Shown here: positions 10,559-20,270 of the stretch, one piece after another | Numbering within the stretch: the stretch's first letter is position 1 | Layout: the number at the start of each line of letters is the position of its first letter | NCBI GenBank assembly: GCA_965217775.1 | Contig: CBDCJH010000002.1 | Location: 5,952,001-6,016,000, forward strand | DNA length: 64,000 bases | Source of the DNA: Acidobacteriota bacterium | Lineage (GTDB): Bacteria; Acidobacteriota; UBA6911; RPQK01; JAJDTT01 | Direction of reading: 5' to 3' | Position numbers and translations under genes: made by a program | Notes under the pieces: generated by a model | What the model was told of the DNA's origin: nothing | Seen by the model: the letters and a program-made list of their open reading frames with translations, nothing else | Database searches by the model: none

Positions 10559-11869
10559 CTAGATCTTCTCCGGCAGCGTCCAAGGCTCCCGGTACGACTT
10601 GGTGAGCATGGCATTGGCTTCCGAGTCGTGGGGAAAGGTTTCCGTCTCAGGATCGAACTCCAGGACGCGGCCGACCCGGTACGCGATCTCGGCCAAGTGA
10701 ATGACGCCGCAACTCAGATGGGCTACGTCGGCCGGAGCATACGGTTGCTTGCGGGTCTTGACGGAATCCAGGAAGTTGTCCATGTGGGCTCTCGAGTTCT
10801 GGCGGAACTCCCGTCCCGTGACGCCCGGTCCCTTCTCCTCCTTGCGGCCCATGTAGACCTGGAAGTGGCCGCGGCGGGAGAAGATCATGTAGCCCTCCGT
10901 CCCGTAGAAGGCATTGCCGTTGTCGTACCCATGGAGCCCGTACGGAGTCCACAACCGGTCCTCGTAGAGAAGCACCTTCCCTTCGGCGTACTGGAGGGCC
11001 ACCGTCATGTTGTCCGGGTACTCCCGCTCCCCCTCCAGATCGATGGTGCTGCCGTGGGACGTGATCCGGACGGGATGGGTCGTCACACCCAGGGCCCAGC
11101 AGGCCATGTCGATGTCGTGGGCGCCGTCGTCCCCCATGTCTCCGTTTCCATAGTCCCGATAGACGCGCCAACTCCGGTGGAAACGATTGGGGTTGAAGGG
11201 ACGCTTGGGCGCAGGACCCAACCACCGGTCGTAGTCCACGCCGTCGGGGACGGGACCGTCGGGCTTGGGCTCCAGGGCGTTGCCGCGCTGGACGTTCCAG
11301 GCCTTGGTCATCTTGATCTCACCCATCAGGCCCGACTTCAGCACCTCCGCAGCCCGCAGCGTCACATTGGTGGAGCGCATCTGGGTTCCGTGCTGCACGA
11401 TCCGGTCGTACTTTCGGGCGGCCTCGACCAGAAGCCGACCCTCCCGGAAGACGTGAGAAGCGGGTTTCTCCACGTAGAGGTCCTTTCCCGATTGCAGAAC
11501 CGGGATGGCGATGGGGATGTGCCAGTGGTGGGGTGTGGCCACCACCACGGCGTGAATGGAGGCGTCTTCCAGAAGCCGCCGGTAGTCCTTCACCAGCCGG
11601 GGTTTCTTGCGATTCGCCTTCTGGACCGTGCCGGAAACCTGTTCCAGAACCGCGTCGTCCACGTCGCACACGCAGGCGATGTGGACGTCTTCTCTCAGGA
11701 GCAGGTTCCTCAGATGGCCGCGTCCCATGCCGCCGGCCCCGATGAGACCCACGGATATCTGATCGTTAAGCGACGCCCGGGAGGCCTTCAGAGCCGGCGC
11801 GGCAAGTGTTGCGGCAGCCGTGGTTCCGGCCAGAGCGGTGAGGAATTCTCTTCGAGCTACGGATTTCAT
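10559..11869 (-). CDS. Gfo/Idh/MocA family oxidoreductase, Tat-exported
   Basis: ARREFL Tat motif, IGAGGMG, ATPHHWH, YVEKP, WLGPAP. Confidence 0.92.
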   Translation of the reverse strand: MKSVARREFLTALAGTTAAATLAAPALKASRASLNDQISVGLIGAGGMGRGHLRNLLLREDVHIACVCDVDDAVLEQVSGTVQKANRKKPRLVKDYRRLLEDASIHAVVVATPHHWHIPIAIPVLQSGKDLYVEKPASHVFREGRLLVEAARKYDRIVQHGTQMRSTNVTLRAAEVLKSGLMGEIKMTKAWNVQRGNALEPKPDGPVPDGVDYDRWLGPAPKRPFNPNRFHRSWRVYRDYGNGDMGDDGAHDIDMACWALGVTTHPVRITSHGSTIDLEGEREYPDNMTVALQYAEGKVLLYEDRLWTPYGLHGYDNGNAFYGTEGYMIFSRRGHFQVYMGRKEEKGPGVTGREFRQNSRAHMDNFLDSVKTRKQPYAPADVAHLSCGVIHLAEIAYRVGRVLEFDPETETFPHDSEANAMLTKSYREPWTLPEKI

Positions 11870-11988
11870 GCCGATTTCCTTTCCGTTTTCGAAATTCAAC
11901 GGTCAACAGTGACTAACCGGCAGCGCATCCGCGCTGGGATGCCGCGCCGGTCAAATGGCGCTCCGGCTCTTGCCGTATGCAGCCGATA

Positions 11989-13053
11989 TCAGACGTCGAC
12001 GCCGGACGCCTGCAGCAGGGCTCGCTGCACTGCAAGATCGTGCTCCGGCGTGAAGAATTCGACCCCTCTGCCTCCGCGGATGGCTCCGGCCAGATCGTCC
12101 ACGTCGGGCAGGTAGCGGGGCGAAGGTCCCACCGGCACGTCGTGGACTCCGGCGCCGAATTCACCGTGAGGATGGCTCAGGGCCAGCCTCACCCTTGGAC
12201 GGTCGGGAGAGTCGATCTGGATGGAGCCCTCCTCTCCGAAGACGTAGAAATAACGGCTCCCGTTGAGGCTGTGGCTCTTGACCACGGCCACCGCTAGGTC
12301 GAACTCGAAAGTGGCCAGCACGTCGTCCTCCAACTGGTCCGGAACCGGATCGCTGTGCCGCAGCACCGGGCTGACGCGATTGGGAGCGCCCAGGAGCCAG
12401 ATCAGGGCGTCGATCATGTGGCCGCAGATCTCGAACATCTGTCCGCCGGGGTAGTTGTCGAGGCGCCGCCGGCCGACCGGACTCAAGGTATCGTTCATCT
12501 GGCAGACGGCGGATCGAATCGGGCCCAGCCAACCCTCCCGGATGGCTCGGTGGGCCAGCCGGAAGGCGGGATTGTAGCGATAGACATACCCCATCTGAAT
12601 CAGCAGGTTCCGGCGGCCGGCTTCCTGGAAGAGACGCTTCAGGGCCGTCAGATCGGCCCCTGGAGGCTTGTCGATCTTCAGGTGCTTGTTGGCGACAATC
12701 GCCCGGTGGGAGTAGCGCAGGGCCTCCAGCGGATCGGTTTCGACGCACACCATCCGCACCCGGTCGTCTCTCAGGACCTCATCGACGCTGGTCCAGGGAA
12801 CGCCTTCCCAGCGGGGACTCTTCTCGGCCCGGGCGCGCAGCTCGGGGTCCGGCTCCGCCACGCCCAGAACTTCGTAGTTGGAGGACTTCCGCAGCGTCTG
12901 CAGGTGGCCCACGGCGTGGGAATGGACGGTGCCGATAATGGCGGCCCCGATGGGGTGCGACGCCGCGGGAGCGGCGGCACGCGCCTCCAGGGCCGCCAGA
13001 CCCGCCGCCGCGGCCGTGTGGGTGAGGAACTGACGTCTGGCGATCTCAGTCAT
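11989..13053 (-). CDS. Gfo/Idh/MocA family oxidoreductase, Tat-exported
   Basis: ARRQFL, IIGTVHSHA, IDKPPG, GYVYRYNP. Confidence 0.88.
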   Translation of the reverse strand: MTEIARRQFLTHTAAAAGLAALEARAAAPAASHPIGAAIIGTVHSHAVGHLQTLRKSSNYEVLGVAEPDPELRARAEKSPRWEGVPWTSVDEVLRDDRVRMVCVETDPLEALRYSHRAIVANKHLKIDKPPGADLTALKRLFQEAGRRNLLIQMGYVYRYNPAFRLAHRAIREGWLGPIRSAVCQMNDTLSPVGRRRLDNYPGGQMFEICGHMIDALIWLLGAPNRVSPVLRHSDPVPDQLEDDVLATFEFDLAVAVVKSHSLNGSRYFYVFGEEGSIQIDSPDRPRVRLALSHPHGEFGAGVHDVPVGPSPRYLPDVDDLAGAIRGGRGVEFFTPEHDLAVQRALLQASGVDV

Positions 13054-13155
13054 TCGGTTGTCTCCCGGAGTAGGTGCCGACTAGCATAATCCAGCGCCTT
13101 ACGCGCATCAATCATGCCTTGCCTCACCTCCTCCGGTGTGATTCTATTTGAGCCA

Positions 13156-14565
13156 ATGATCGACACTCCGGATCGGCCAAACCGCCGCCGTTTCCTTTCC
13201 AGAACCGCACTGGCGGCGGGGTCGGCCGCCGGCGTTTCGCTGCCCGCCGCCCTGGCCTGTAATCCGAGTTCCAGCCCTGCCATCGCCACCCCCTTGGATC
13301 TGACTGTGGCGCGGACGGAGACCGTGACGGTCAACGTCCCCTTCCGTCCGGTACCGGCCCGGAACATGATCCGGGAAATCCCCCACTGGACGGTGTTCGA
13401 AATCTGCCGGGTGGAGCTCAAGTGCGGGGTCAGCGGATTCGGCGAGACCATGGAGTACTACACCTGGAGCCGGGTTTCGGAGGAGAGCCTGCAGCGGGTC
13501 CGGGGAAAAAACGCTGCCGAGCTCATGTGGGACGATTCCCTGGGCGCCGGCCTTCAAATGGCTCTCTTCGACGCTGTCGGCAAGGCCTGGGGCGTTCCCT
13601 GCCACCGGCTGCTGGGACATCAGGTCCGGGAGCGGGCGCCGATCAGTTGGTGGGACATCGACATGCCCGGCTCCGACTGGGTCCTGGAGTGCGCCGAGGC
13701 GATGCGGCAGGGCTACAAGGCCTTCAAGACCAAGGGCCGGCCCTGGTTCGACCTGGACCAGCAGTTGGCGACCCTGATGCCGACTCTTCCCGAAGACTTC
13801 GAAGTGGACATGGACTTCAACGGGTTTCTCCTGGACGCCGACCGGGGCGCCGAGCGGCTCAAGCGCTGGGAGGCGTATCCGCAGATCGCCATCTACGAGA
13901 CCCCCATCCCCCAGGGCGACATCCCGGGAAACCAGCGCCTCAAAGCGGCCACCCGGGTCCCCATCGCCATGCACTACGGGAATCCGGAGCCGGCCGTGGC
14001 GATCCGTGAAGAGGTCTGCGACGGGTTTGTGGTGGGGGGCGGGGCCTCCAGGGTGATGGGAGCCGGGCACTTCTCGGCCGAGGTGGACCTGCCCTTCTGG
14101 CTCCAGTTGGTGGGGACCACCATCACGGCCACCTTCTCCCTCCACCTGGGAGCCGTCCTCAAGCAGGCGGTCTGGCCGGCGGTGAACTGCCATCAACTCT
14201 ACACTCACGCCATGGTGCGCCAGCCCATGCGGGTGTCGGGAGGGACGGCTCCGATCCCGGAGGGTCCCGGTCTGGGCGTGGATCTGGATGAGGACGCGGT
14301 GGAACGGTTTCGCATGGAGCCCCTCAAGGAAAGGCCCTACCCGGCTCCGGGGCTCCTGATCGGAATCCGGTGGCCGTCCGGCCGCACCAGCTACTACACC
14401 CACGCGCGCCAGTACTGGGAAGATTTCCATGCGGACAAGCTTCCGGTTTTCGAGTCCGGCGTGGATCTCAAGAGTATCCCGGACGACGGGTCGACGGCGT
14501 GGAGAAAGCTGCAGGCCCAGGCGCAGGAGGGGGGAGTGCACCTGGAGGAGCCCCGATTGTGGTAA
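13156..14565 (+). CDS. Mandelate racemase/muconate lactonizing enzyme (enolase superfamily) with Tat/lipoprotein-like leader
   Basis: NRRRFL, ALAC, MALFDAVGK, FKTK, DMDFN, YETPI, PEGPGLGVDLD. Confidence 0.85.
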   Translation: MIDTPDRPNRRRFLSRTALAAGSAAGVSLPAALACNPSSSPAIATPLDLTVARTETVTVNVPFRPVPARNMIREIPHWTVFEICRVELKCGVSGFGETMEYYTWSRVSEESLQRVRGKNAAELMWDDSLGAGLQMALFDAVGKAWGVPCHRLLGHQVRERAPISWWDIDMPGSDWVLECAEAMRQGYKAFKTKGRPWFDLDQQLATLMPTLPEDFEVDMDFNGFLLDADRGAERLKRWEAYPQIAIYETPIPQGDIPGNQRLKAATRVPIAMHYGNPEPAVAIREEVCDGFVVGGGASRVMGAGHFSAEVDLPFWLQLVGTTITATFSLHLGAVLKQAVWPAVNCHQLYTHAMVRQPMRVSGGTAPIPEGPGLGVDLDEDAVERFRMEPLKERPYPAPGLLIGIRWPSGRTSYYTHARQYWEDFHADKLPVFESGVDLKSIPDDGSTAWRKLQAQAQEGGVHLEEPRLW

Positions 14566-14591
14566 TCACCCGAGCCCGAGGAGGACACGAA

Positions 14592-16061
14592 GTGTTGTTG
14601 CTGAGACTGGTCGCCGGCCTGTTGCTGTTGTCTTCGACGAACCTGCCGGCAAAGGATGCGAAGGCGCCGGTGCCGTTGGATCTGGGCTCACGCCTCGAAC
14701 TCTTCGTCGACGACTACCTCATCGAGTCCATGAAGGGGCTGGAGCAGAGACTGCATCACCCCGTGTCCGCGGGAAAGATCCTCACCCTGGACCGGCCCTG
14801 GGAAGGCATCACCTGCGATTATCAGGTGGTCTTCAAGGATGGGGACCTCTACCGCATGTACTATCGCGGAAGCAGTCACGAGGGCTACACCATCCCGTCG
14901 TTCCTGAAGCCGGGAGAGACGGTGGTCCCGGTGCATCCCCAGTTCGCGCTTTACGCCGAGAGTCCCGACGGCTTGACCTGGACGCGGCCGGAACTGGGGT
15001 TGATCGAGTTCAACGGTTCCAAGCAGAACAACATCGTCCTGGAGGGAGACGGGGCCCACAATCTGGCGCCCTTCCGGGACCGGAACCCGGCTGCTACCGA
15101 GTCGCAACGTTACAAGGCGGTCGGTTCCGGCTCGCTCAACCGGAATCCGGTCCTATGGGGGTTCGTCTCGCCCGACGGCCTGAGATGGAGCAAGATCCGA
15201 GAGGAACCCGTCATCACCGACGGCAAGTTCGATTCCCTGAACGTGGCCTTCTGGGACACGATCCGGAAAGAGTACGTGGCCATCTACCGGGATTTCCGGC
15301 ACGGGGTCCGAACCATCCGCCACTCGACGTCACCGGATTTCGTGAACTGGACGAAGGGTGAATGGGGCCAGTTCGGCGACGTGGAGCGGGACCATCTCTA
15401 CACCAACGCCACCACACCCTATTTCCGTGCGCCCCAGATCTACCTGGCGTTCCCCCGGAGGTACATCCCTTGGAAGACCCGTCTCAGCGAGTCCCCTTGG
15501 CCGGGAGCCTCGGACACGGTCTTCATGACCAGCCGCGACGGTGTCCACTGGGACCGGCGTTTCATGGAGTCGTTCATTCGGCCCGGACGGCAGAGGCGGG
15601 CCTGGATGCATCGCACCAATCTGGCCTCGTGGGGCGTCGTTCCCACGGGCCCCGATGAGATCTCCCTCTACGTGCTCCGGGAACGGGATTTCCCCTCGGT
15701 CCATTTCGAGCGCATGGTCCTCCGGACCGACGGCTTCGTCTCCCTTCGAGCCGGCTACTCCGGAGGCGAACTGGCGACCCGGCTGTTCACCTTCGACGGC
15801 GGCGCCTTGGTGCTGAACTTCTCCACTTCGGCCGCCGGGAGCATCCGGCTGGAGTTGCAGGACATCAATGGTCATCCCGTCCCCGGTTTCTCTCTGGCCG
15901 ACTCCCCGCTCATATTCGGAGACGAAATCGAACACCGCGTCGAATGGGAGCGCCCCACCGGCCAGACCGACCGGGAACCCTTGAAGCACTTGTCCGGCAA
16001 ACCCCTGCGGTTGCGCTTCGTGATGAAGGACGCGGATCTCTATTCCATCCGATTCCAGTGA
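14592..16061 (+). CDS. Secreted Asp-box beta-propeller protein (GH32/GH43-like fold, function unknown)
   Basis: GAGGAGG RBS + GTG; ELFVDDYLI, RPWEG, YRMYYRG, repeated S.DG..W motifs, LRTDGFVSL, DADLYSIRF. Confidence 0.75.
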   Translation: MLLLRLVAGLLLLSSTNLPAKDAKAPVPLDLGSRLELFVDDYLIESMKGLEQRLHHPVSAGKILTLDRPWEGITCDYQVVFKDGDLYRMYYRGSSHEGYTIPSFLKPGETVVPVHPQFALYAESPDGLTWTRPELGLIEFNGSKQNNIVLEGDGAHNLAPFRDRNPAATESQRYKAVGSGSLNRNPVLWGFVSPDGLRWSKIREEPVITDGKFDSLNVAFWDTIRKEYVAIYRDFRHGVRTIRHSTSPDFVNWTKGEWGQFGDVERDHLYTNATTPYFRAPQIYLAFPRRYIPWKTRLSESPWPGASDTVFMTSRDGVHWDRRFMESFIRPGRQRRAWMHRTNLASWGVVPTGPDEISLYVLRERDFPSVHFERMVLRTDGFVSLRAGYSGGELATRLFTFDGGALVLNFSTSAAGSIRLELQDINGHPVPGFSLADSPLIFGDEIEHRVEWERPTGQTDREPLKHLSGKPLRLRFVMKDADLYSIRFQ

Positions 16062-16903
16062 GGATCCCTGGGTTGACCGAGAGAACAGCCGGGAGCGCAT
16101 TCGGGACCGGTCGCCTCGAGGCCGAGGTGAGGCGGGCGCGCTCGGCGCCGGTTCTCAGACGGGAATTCCTGAAGCGGAGTCTGGTGGCGGCGGGGGCCGC
16201 AACCGCCGCCGGAAGCCGGATGCCCCAAACCTCCGCCGCGCCCGGTCCGGTCCGGGTCCTCTGCTGGTCGGAGCGGACGGAACCCAAGGAGGTCTATCCG
16301 GAGGGGATCAGCGGGGCCATCGCCCGGCACCTCCGCTCCGTCCCCGAGGTGACCGTCCAGACCGCCTCCATTCGGGATCCGAACCAGGGGCTCGCCTCAT
16401 CGGTCCTGGACGGCACCGACGTTTTGATCTGGTGGGGACACAAGAAGCACAAGGACGTCCTCTTCGACCGTGTCGCCGACGTGGTGGCCCGGGTGCGGGC
16501 GGGCCGGCTGGGGTTCATCGGGCTGCACTCGGCCCACTGGTCCAAGATGTTCAAGAGCATCCTGGAGTGCACCGGGAACCTCGGGGGCTGGAGGCACGGC
16601 GCCGGGCCGGAGCATCTGAAGGTGGTGGCTCCGTCGCACCCCATCGCGCGGGGGATTTCGGACTTCACCATCCCAGAGACGGAGATGTACGACGAGCCCT
16701 TCGACGTACCGCCGCCGGAGAAAGTGGTCTTGTTCGGCTACTGGGCCACGGGAGAACAGTTTCGCAGCGGTTGCGTCTGGACGGTGGGCAAGGGGAGGGT
16801 CTTCTATTTTCGTCCCGGTCATGAAACCGACCCCGTGTATTTCCATAAGGAGCCGCTTCAGGTGGTGGCCAACGCCGTCCAATGGTGCGCCCACCGGACC
16901 TGA
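16058..16903 (+). CDS. ThuA-like (trehalose utilization) protein, Tat motif; start uncertain
   Basis: RREFLK, DVLIWWGH, LHSAHWSK, EMYDEPF, FYFRPGHET. Confidence 0.88.
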   Translation: MRIPGLTERTAGSAFGTGRLEAEVRRARSAPVLRREFLKRSLVAAGAATAAGSRMPQTSAAPGPVRVLCWSERTEPKEVYPEGISGAIARHLRSVPEVTVQTASIRDPNQGLASSVLDGTDVLIWWGHKKHKDVLFDRVADVVARVRAGRLGFIGLHSAHWSKMFKSILECTGNLGGWRHGAGPEHLKVVAPSHPIARGISDFTIPETEMYDEPFDVPPPEKVVLFGYWATGEQFRSGCVWTVGKGRVFYFRPGHETDPVYFHKEPLQVVANAVQWCAHRT

Positions 16904-16983
16904 TGGCGGGCTTCCTGGCGCGGCTCTGAAGCGTCGCGGACGCCGAGGACCTGGATGGGACCGGCCGGCATGGGAGGTAGAAC

Positions 16984-18162
16984 ATGGAATCGTGGAAACG
17001 GAAGCTGAGAATGGGAATGGTGGGAGGCGGCCAAGGCGCCTTCATCGGGGGTGTTCACCGCATGGCCGCCGCCCTGGACCAGCAGGCGGAGCTGGTGGCG
17101 GGCTGCTTCTCTCAGGATCCTGAGAACACCCGAATCACTGGAGAACAGTTGTATGCCGATCCTGCCCGCTGCTATGCCACGTATCAGGAGATGGCGGCCC
17201 GGGAGTCGGAGTTGCCGGCGGACAGGCGGATCGACTTCGTCAGCGTCGTGACCCCCAATGCCTCCCATTTCGACATCTCCAGAACCTTTCTGGAGGCGGG
17301 CATCCACGTCGTGTGCGACAAACCCATGACCTACTCCCTGGCGCAAGCGGACGAGTTGTGCCGGCTGGTGGAGCGGACAGGCCTGGTCTTCGGCCTGACC
17401 CACAACTACACGGGACATCCTTTGATCCGGCACGCCCGCCATCTTTTCCATACCGGCCAGATGGGTACGGTGCGCAAGGTCATCGTCGAGTATTTGCAGG
17501 ATTTCCTCTCGGTCCCGCACGAAAAGCTGGGGCAAAAGCAGGCCTCGTGGCGGGTGGACCCGGCCCAGGCCGGTGCGGGAGGGACTCTAGGCGATCTGGG
17601 AGTCCACTGTCTGAACCTGCTGGAGTACGTGACCGGAGATCCCGTGACCTCGATCTGCGCCGACACGAGCCATTTTCTTCCGGACCGGACACTGGACGAG
17701 GACGCCAATATCCTCTTGAGGCTCAAAGGGGGCGGCAAGGGTGTTTTGACCATCAGTCAAATCGCCACCGGCGAAGAGAACGGGCTGCGCCTGAGAGTGT
17801 ATGCGTCGGAGGGAGCCATCCTCTGGGCCCAGGAGGATCCGAACCAGATGCAATTCTACCGATACGGTGAGCCCCGTCAGACTCTCACCCGCGGGCGCGG
17901 CGAGTACCTGGACGAAGCGGCCGGAGCCGTGACCCGTATTCCACCGGGGCATCCGGAGGGGTACCTGGAGGCCTTCGCCACCATCTACTGCGGCGCCGTC
18001 GAGGCGATCCGGCGGCATTTGGAGGGCGCGCCGCTGAAACCGGAAGAATACGGCTGTCCCAACGTCTATGACGGGCGCCGGGGATTGGAGTTCATCGAGA
18101 AGGCTGTGGAGTCCAGCGGCCGGGGCGCGGTCTGGATCGAGATGTCGGAGGGAGCTCCGTGA
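16984..18162 (+). CDS. Gfo/Idh/MocA family oxidoreductase (cytoplasmic)
   Basis: MGMVGGGQGAFIGGVHR, VTPN, CDKP, GHPEGYLEAFA. Confidence 0.92.
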   Translation: MESWKRKLRMGMVGGGQGAFIGGVHRMAAALDQQAELVAGCFSQDPENTRITGEQLYADPARCYATYQEMAARESELPADRRIDFVSVVTPNASHFDISRTFLEAGIHVVCDKPMTYSLAQADELCRLVERTGLVFGLTHNYTGHPLIRHARHLFHTGQMGTVRKVIVEYLQDFLSVPHEKLGQKQASWRVDPAQAGAGGTLGDLGVHCLNLLEYVTGDPVTSICADTSHFLPDRTLDEDANILLRLKGGGKGVLTISQIATGEENGLRLRVYASEGAILWAQEDPNQMQFYRYGEPRQTLTRGRGEYLDEAAGAVTRIPPGHPEGYLEAFATIYCGAVEAIRRHLEGAPLKPEEYGCPNVYDGRRGLEFIEKAVESSGRGAVWIEMSEGAP

Positions 18163-19424
18163 AGACGACACTGGTTTCCGCATTTCTGGGTCTGTTGCTG
18201 GCTATTCCGTCCTCCCCCGCGTTGCGCGCCGGAGAGCCGGAACCGGGTTTCATCTCCCTTTTCAACGGCCGGGACCTGACCGGATGGAGGACGATCCGAC
18301 AGCGGAATCAGGGTTGGCTGGTCCGGGACGGCCTTCTGATCTGTCCCGAAGGGGAGGGGGCCAAGCTCCTGACGGAGAAGGAATACGCCGACTTCATTCT
18401 GCGCTTCGAGTTCAAGCTGCGGCCGGGAGGCAACAATGGCGTCGGCGTCCGGGCTCCCATGGATGGACACGCCTCCATCGAGGGCATGGAGATCCAGATT
18501 CTGGACAACACGGCGACCAAGTACGCCGGGATCAAGCCCTATCAGGCGCATGGATCGGTCTACGGACTGGTTCCGGCCCGCCGCGGCGCGCTGGCGCCGG
18601 TGGGGGAATGGAACCGGCAGGAGATCGCGCTCCTGGGCCGCCGGGTGAAGGTCACGCTCAATGGAACGGTGATCGTCAGCGCTAATCTGAACGACATCCG
18701 CGACGCCGAGGTTCTCCAAAGGCATCCGGGAATGATGCGCTCCCGAGGGCATGTGGGTCTTCTGGGGCATTCCACTCACGTGGAGTTTCGAAACATCCGC
18801 ATCAAGGACCTGGGTGGGGAGCAGCCGGACAATCTGGCTCCCGAGGGTTTTCAGGCCCTGTTCAACGGCATGGACCTGGAGGGCTGGAAAGGCTTGGTGG
18901 CCAATCCCAAGAAACGGGCCGCCATGGACCCGGCGGAACTGGCGGCGGCCCAGCGCGAGGCGGACGCCAAAATGCGGAAGCATTGGACGGTCGAAGAGGG
19001 TGTGCTGCTCTTCGAAGGCAAGGGCGGCAGCCTCTGCAGCCGCCAGGACTTTCGAAACTTCGAATTGTGGGTCGATTGGAAGATCGAGCCCAAGGGAGAC
19101 AGTGGCATCTACCTGCGAGGGAGTCCCCAGATTCAGATCTGGGCAGACCCCGAGGGCTCAGGGGCCATGTGGAACAACAAGAAGAACCCGTCCAAGCCCA
19201 AGTTGGCGGCCGACAATCCGGTGGGGGAGTGGAACCAGTTCCGGATCCTCATGTCCGGCGAGAAGGTGACCGTCTGGCTCAACCACCGCCTGGTGGTCCA
19301 TAAGACCACCATGGAGAACTACTGGGAGCGGGACAAGCCCATCTATCCCACGGGCGCCATCGAGCTCCAGGCCCACGGGAACCCCCTCTACTTCAAGAAC
19401 GTCTACGTCCGCCGGCTCGACTGA
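18159..19424 (+). CDS. Tandem DUF1080 (3-keto-disaccharide hydrolase-like) protein
   Basis: Signal peptide; two LFNG.DL.GW repeats, GNNG/GDSG, EIQILD, GEWN, IELQAHG. Confidence 0.9.
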   Translation: MKTTLVSAFLGLLLAIPSSPALRAGEPEPGFISLFNGRDLTGWRTIRQRNQGWLVRDGLLICPEGEGAKLLTEKEYADFILRFEFKLRPGGNNGVGVRAPMDGHASIEGMEIQILDNTATKYAGIKPYQAHGSVYGLVPARRGALAPVGEWNRQEIALLGRRVKVTLNGTVIVSANLNDIRDAEVLQRHPGMMRSRGHVGLLGHSTHVEFRNIRIKDLGGEQPDNLAPEGFQALFNGMDLEGWKGLVANPKKRAAMDPAELAAAQREADAKMRKHWTVEEGVLLFEGKGGSLCSRQDFRNFELWVDWKIEPKGDSGIYLRGSPQIQIWADPEGSGAMWNNKKNPSKPKLAADNPVGEWNQFRILMSGEKVTVWLNHRLVVHKTTMENYWERDKPIYPTGAIELQAHGNPLYFKNVYVRRLD

Positions 19425-19426
19425 AA

Positions 19427-20032
19427 TCAGGATTCGGGCGCCACGGCGTTGCGGACCAGAAGGTGAAGGGATTCCGGCAGCGTTCCGGCCACCGCCAGGG
19501 CTGCCTCCCGCCCCTGCAGGGACATCTTTCGCCAAGTCTTCCGAAGGATGTCGGCCAGTTTGGCGTCGTCGTGCATCCGGGAGAATGCCTCGAACTCGTT
19601 CTCCAGGAAGACCAGGCAGACGGCGTCCTCCAGAAGCTGCGACTCCCGATCCAGCTTGAGGCGCAGTTTCCGGACCAGCGCCTGGACCCGTCCGATGGTG
19701 GTCGCGCCGTATCCTGACGCCCCGAGTATGCGTCCCGCCTCCTGGGCGTGGTATTGGGCGAGAGTCTTCCGCCACCGTCTGTAGCCCGCTCCCCCCAGCG
19801 GGTAGCGGTCACGGGGAATGGTCCAGCGGCGAATGTGCTGGCAATGGGCCGCCAAGACCAGCGCTTCCGAAGCCTCCGGCTCCAGCCGGAGGACCCACGC
19901 CACCAGCCGGCGGTGGTAGTGGACGGACCAGGGGACCTGTCCACCTCCCGTCTCCACGGTGACCGGATCTTCGCAATGCGCCTCCTGGAATCGGGCGACA
20001 GCCACCTGAAATCGGGAGTGGTCGACAAGCAT
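19427..20032 (-). CDS. DUF4202 family protein
   Basis: HCQHIRRWTIPRDRYP...GYRRWR, LEDAVCLVFL, KTWRKMS. Confidence 0.85.
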   Translation of the reverse strand: MLVDHSRFQVAVARFQEAHCEDPVTVETGGGQVPWSVHYHRRLVAWVLRLEPEASEALVLAAHCQHIRRWTIPRDRYPLGGAGYRRWRKTLAQYHAQEAGRILGASGYGATTIGRVQALVRKLRLKLDRESQLLEDAVCLVFLENEFEAFSRMHDDAKLADILRKTWRKMSLQGREAALAVAGTLPESLHLLVRNAVAPES

Positions 20033-20270
20033 CTTCCGATGACTATATCAGCCCGATCTTGCCCGCCGCTAAGGGATGCGAGCTTAGCGCTGAACGCGCA
20101 GCGGCAAAAGCGGCGACCGATGCACCATGAGCCTGGCGAGCAACGTGAAACGTTTCCGGGGCGAGAGCGGATCGGAGCCACGCGCGGCGTGGCGGTTCAT
20201 TCAGAAGGATGTCGTGGCCCTGGACCGAGGCCGCGTTTCCAGACAGGAGGCCTTCTTGTAGACTGTTTCC

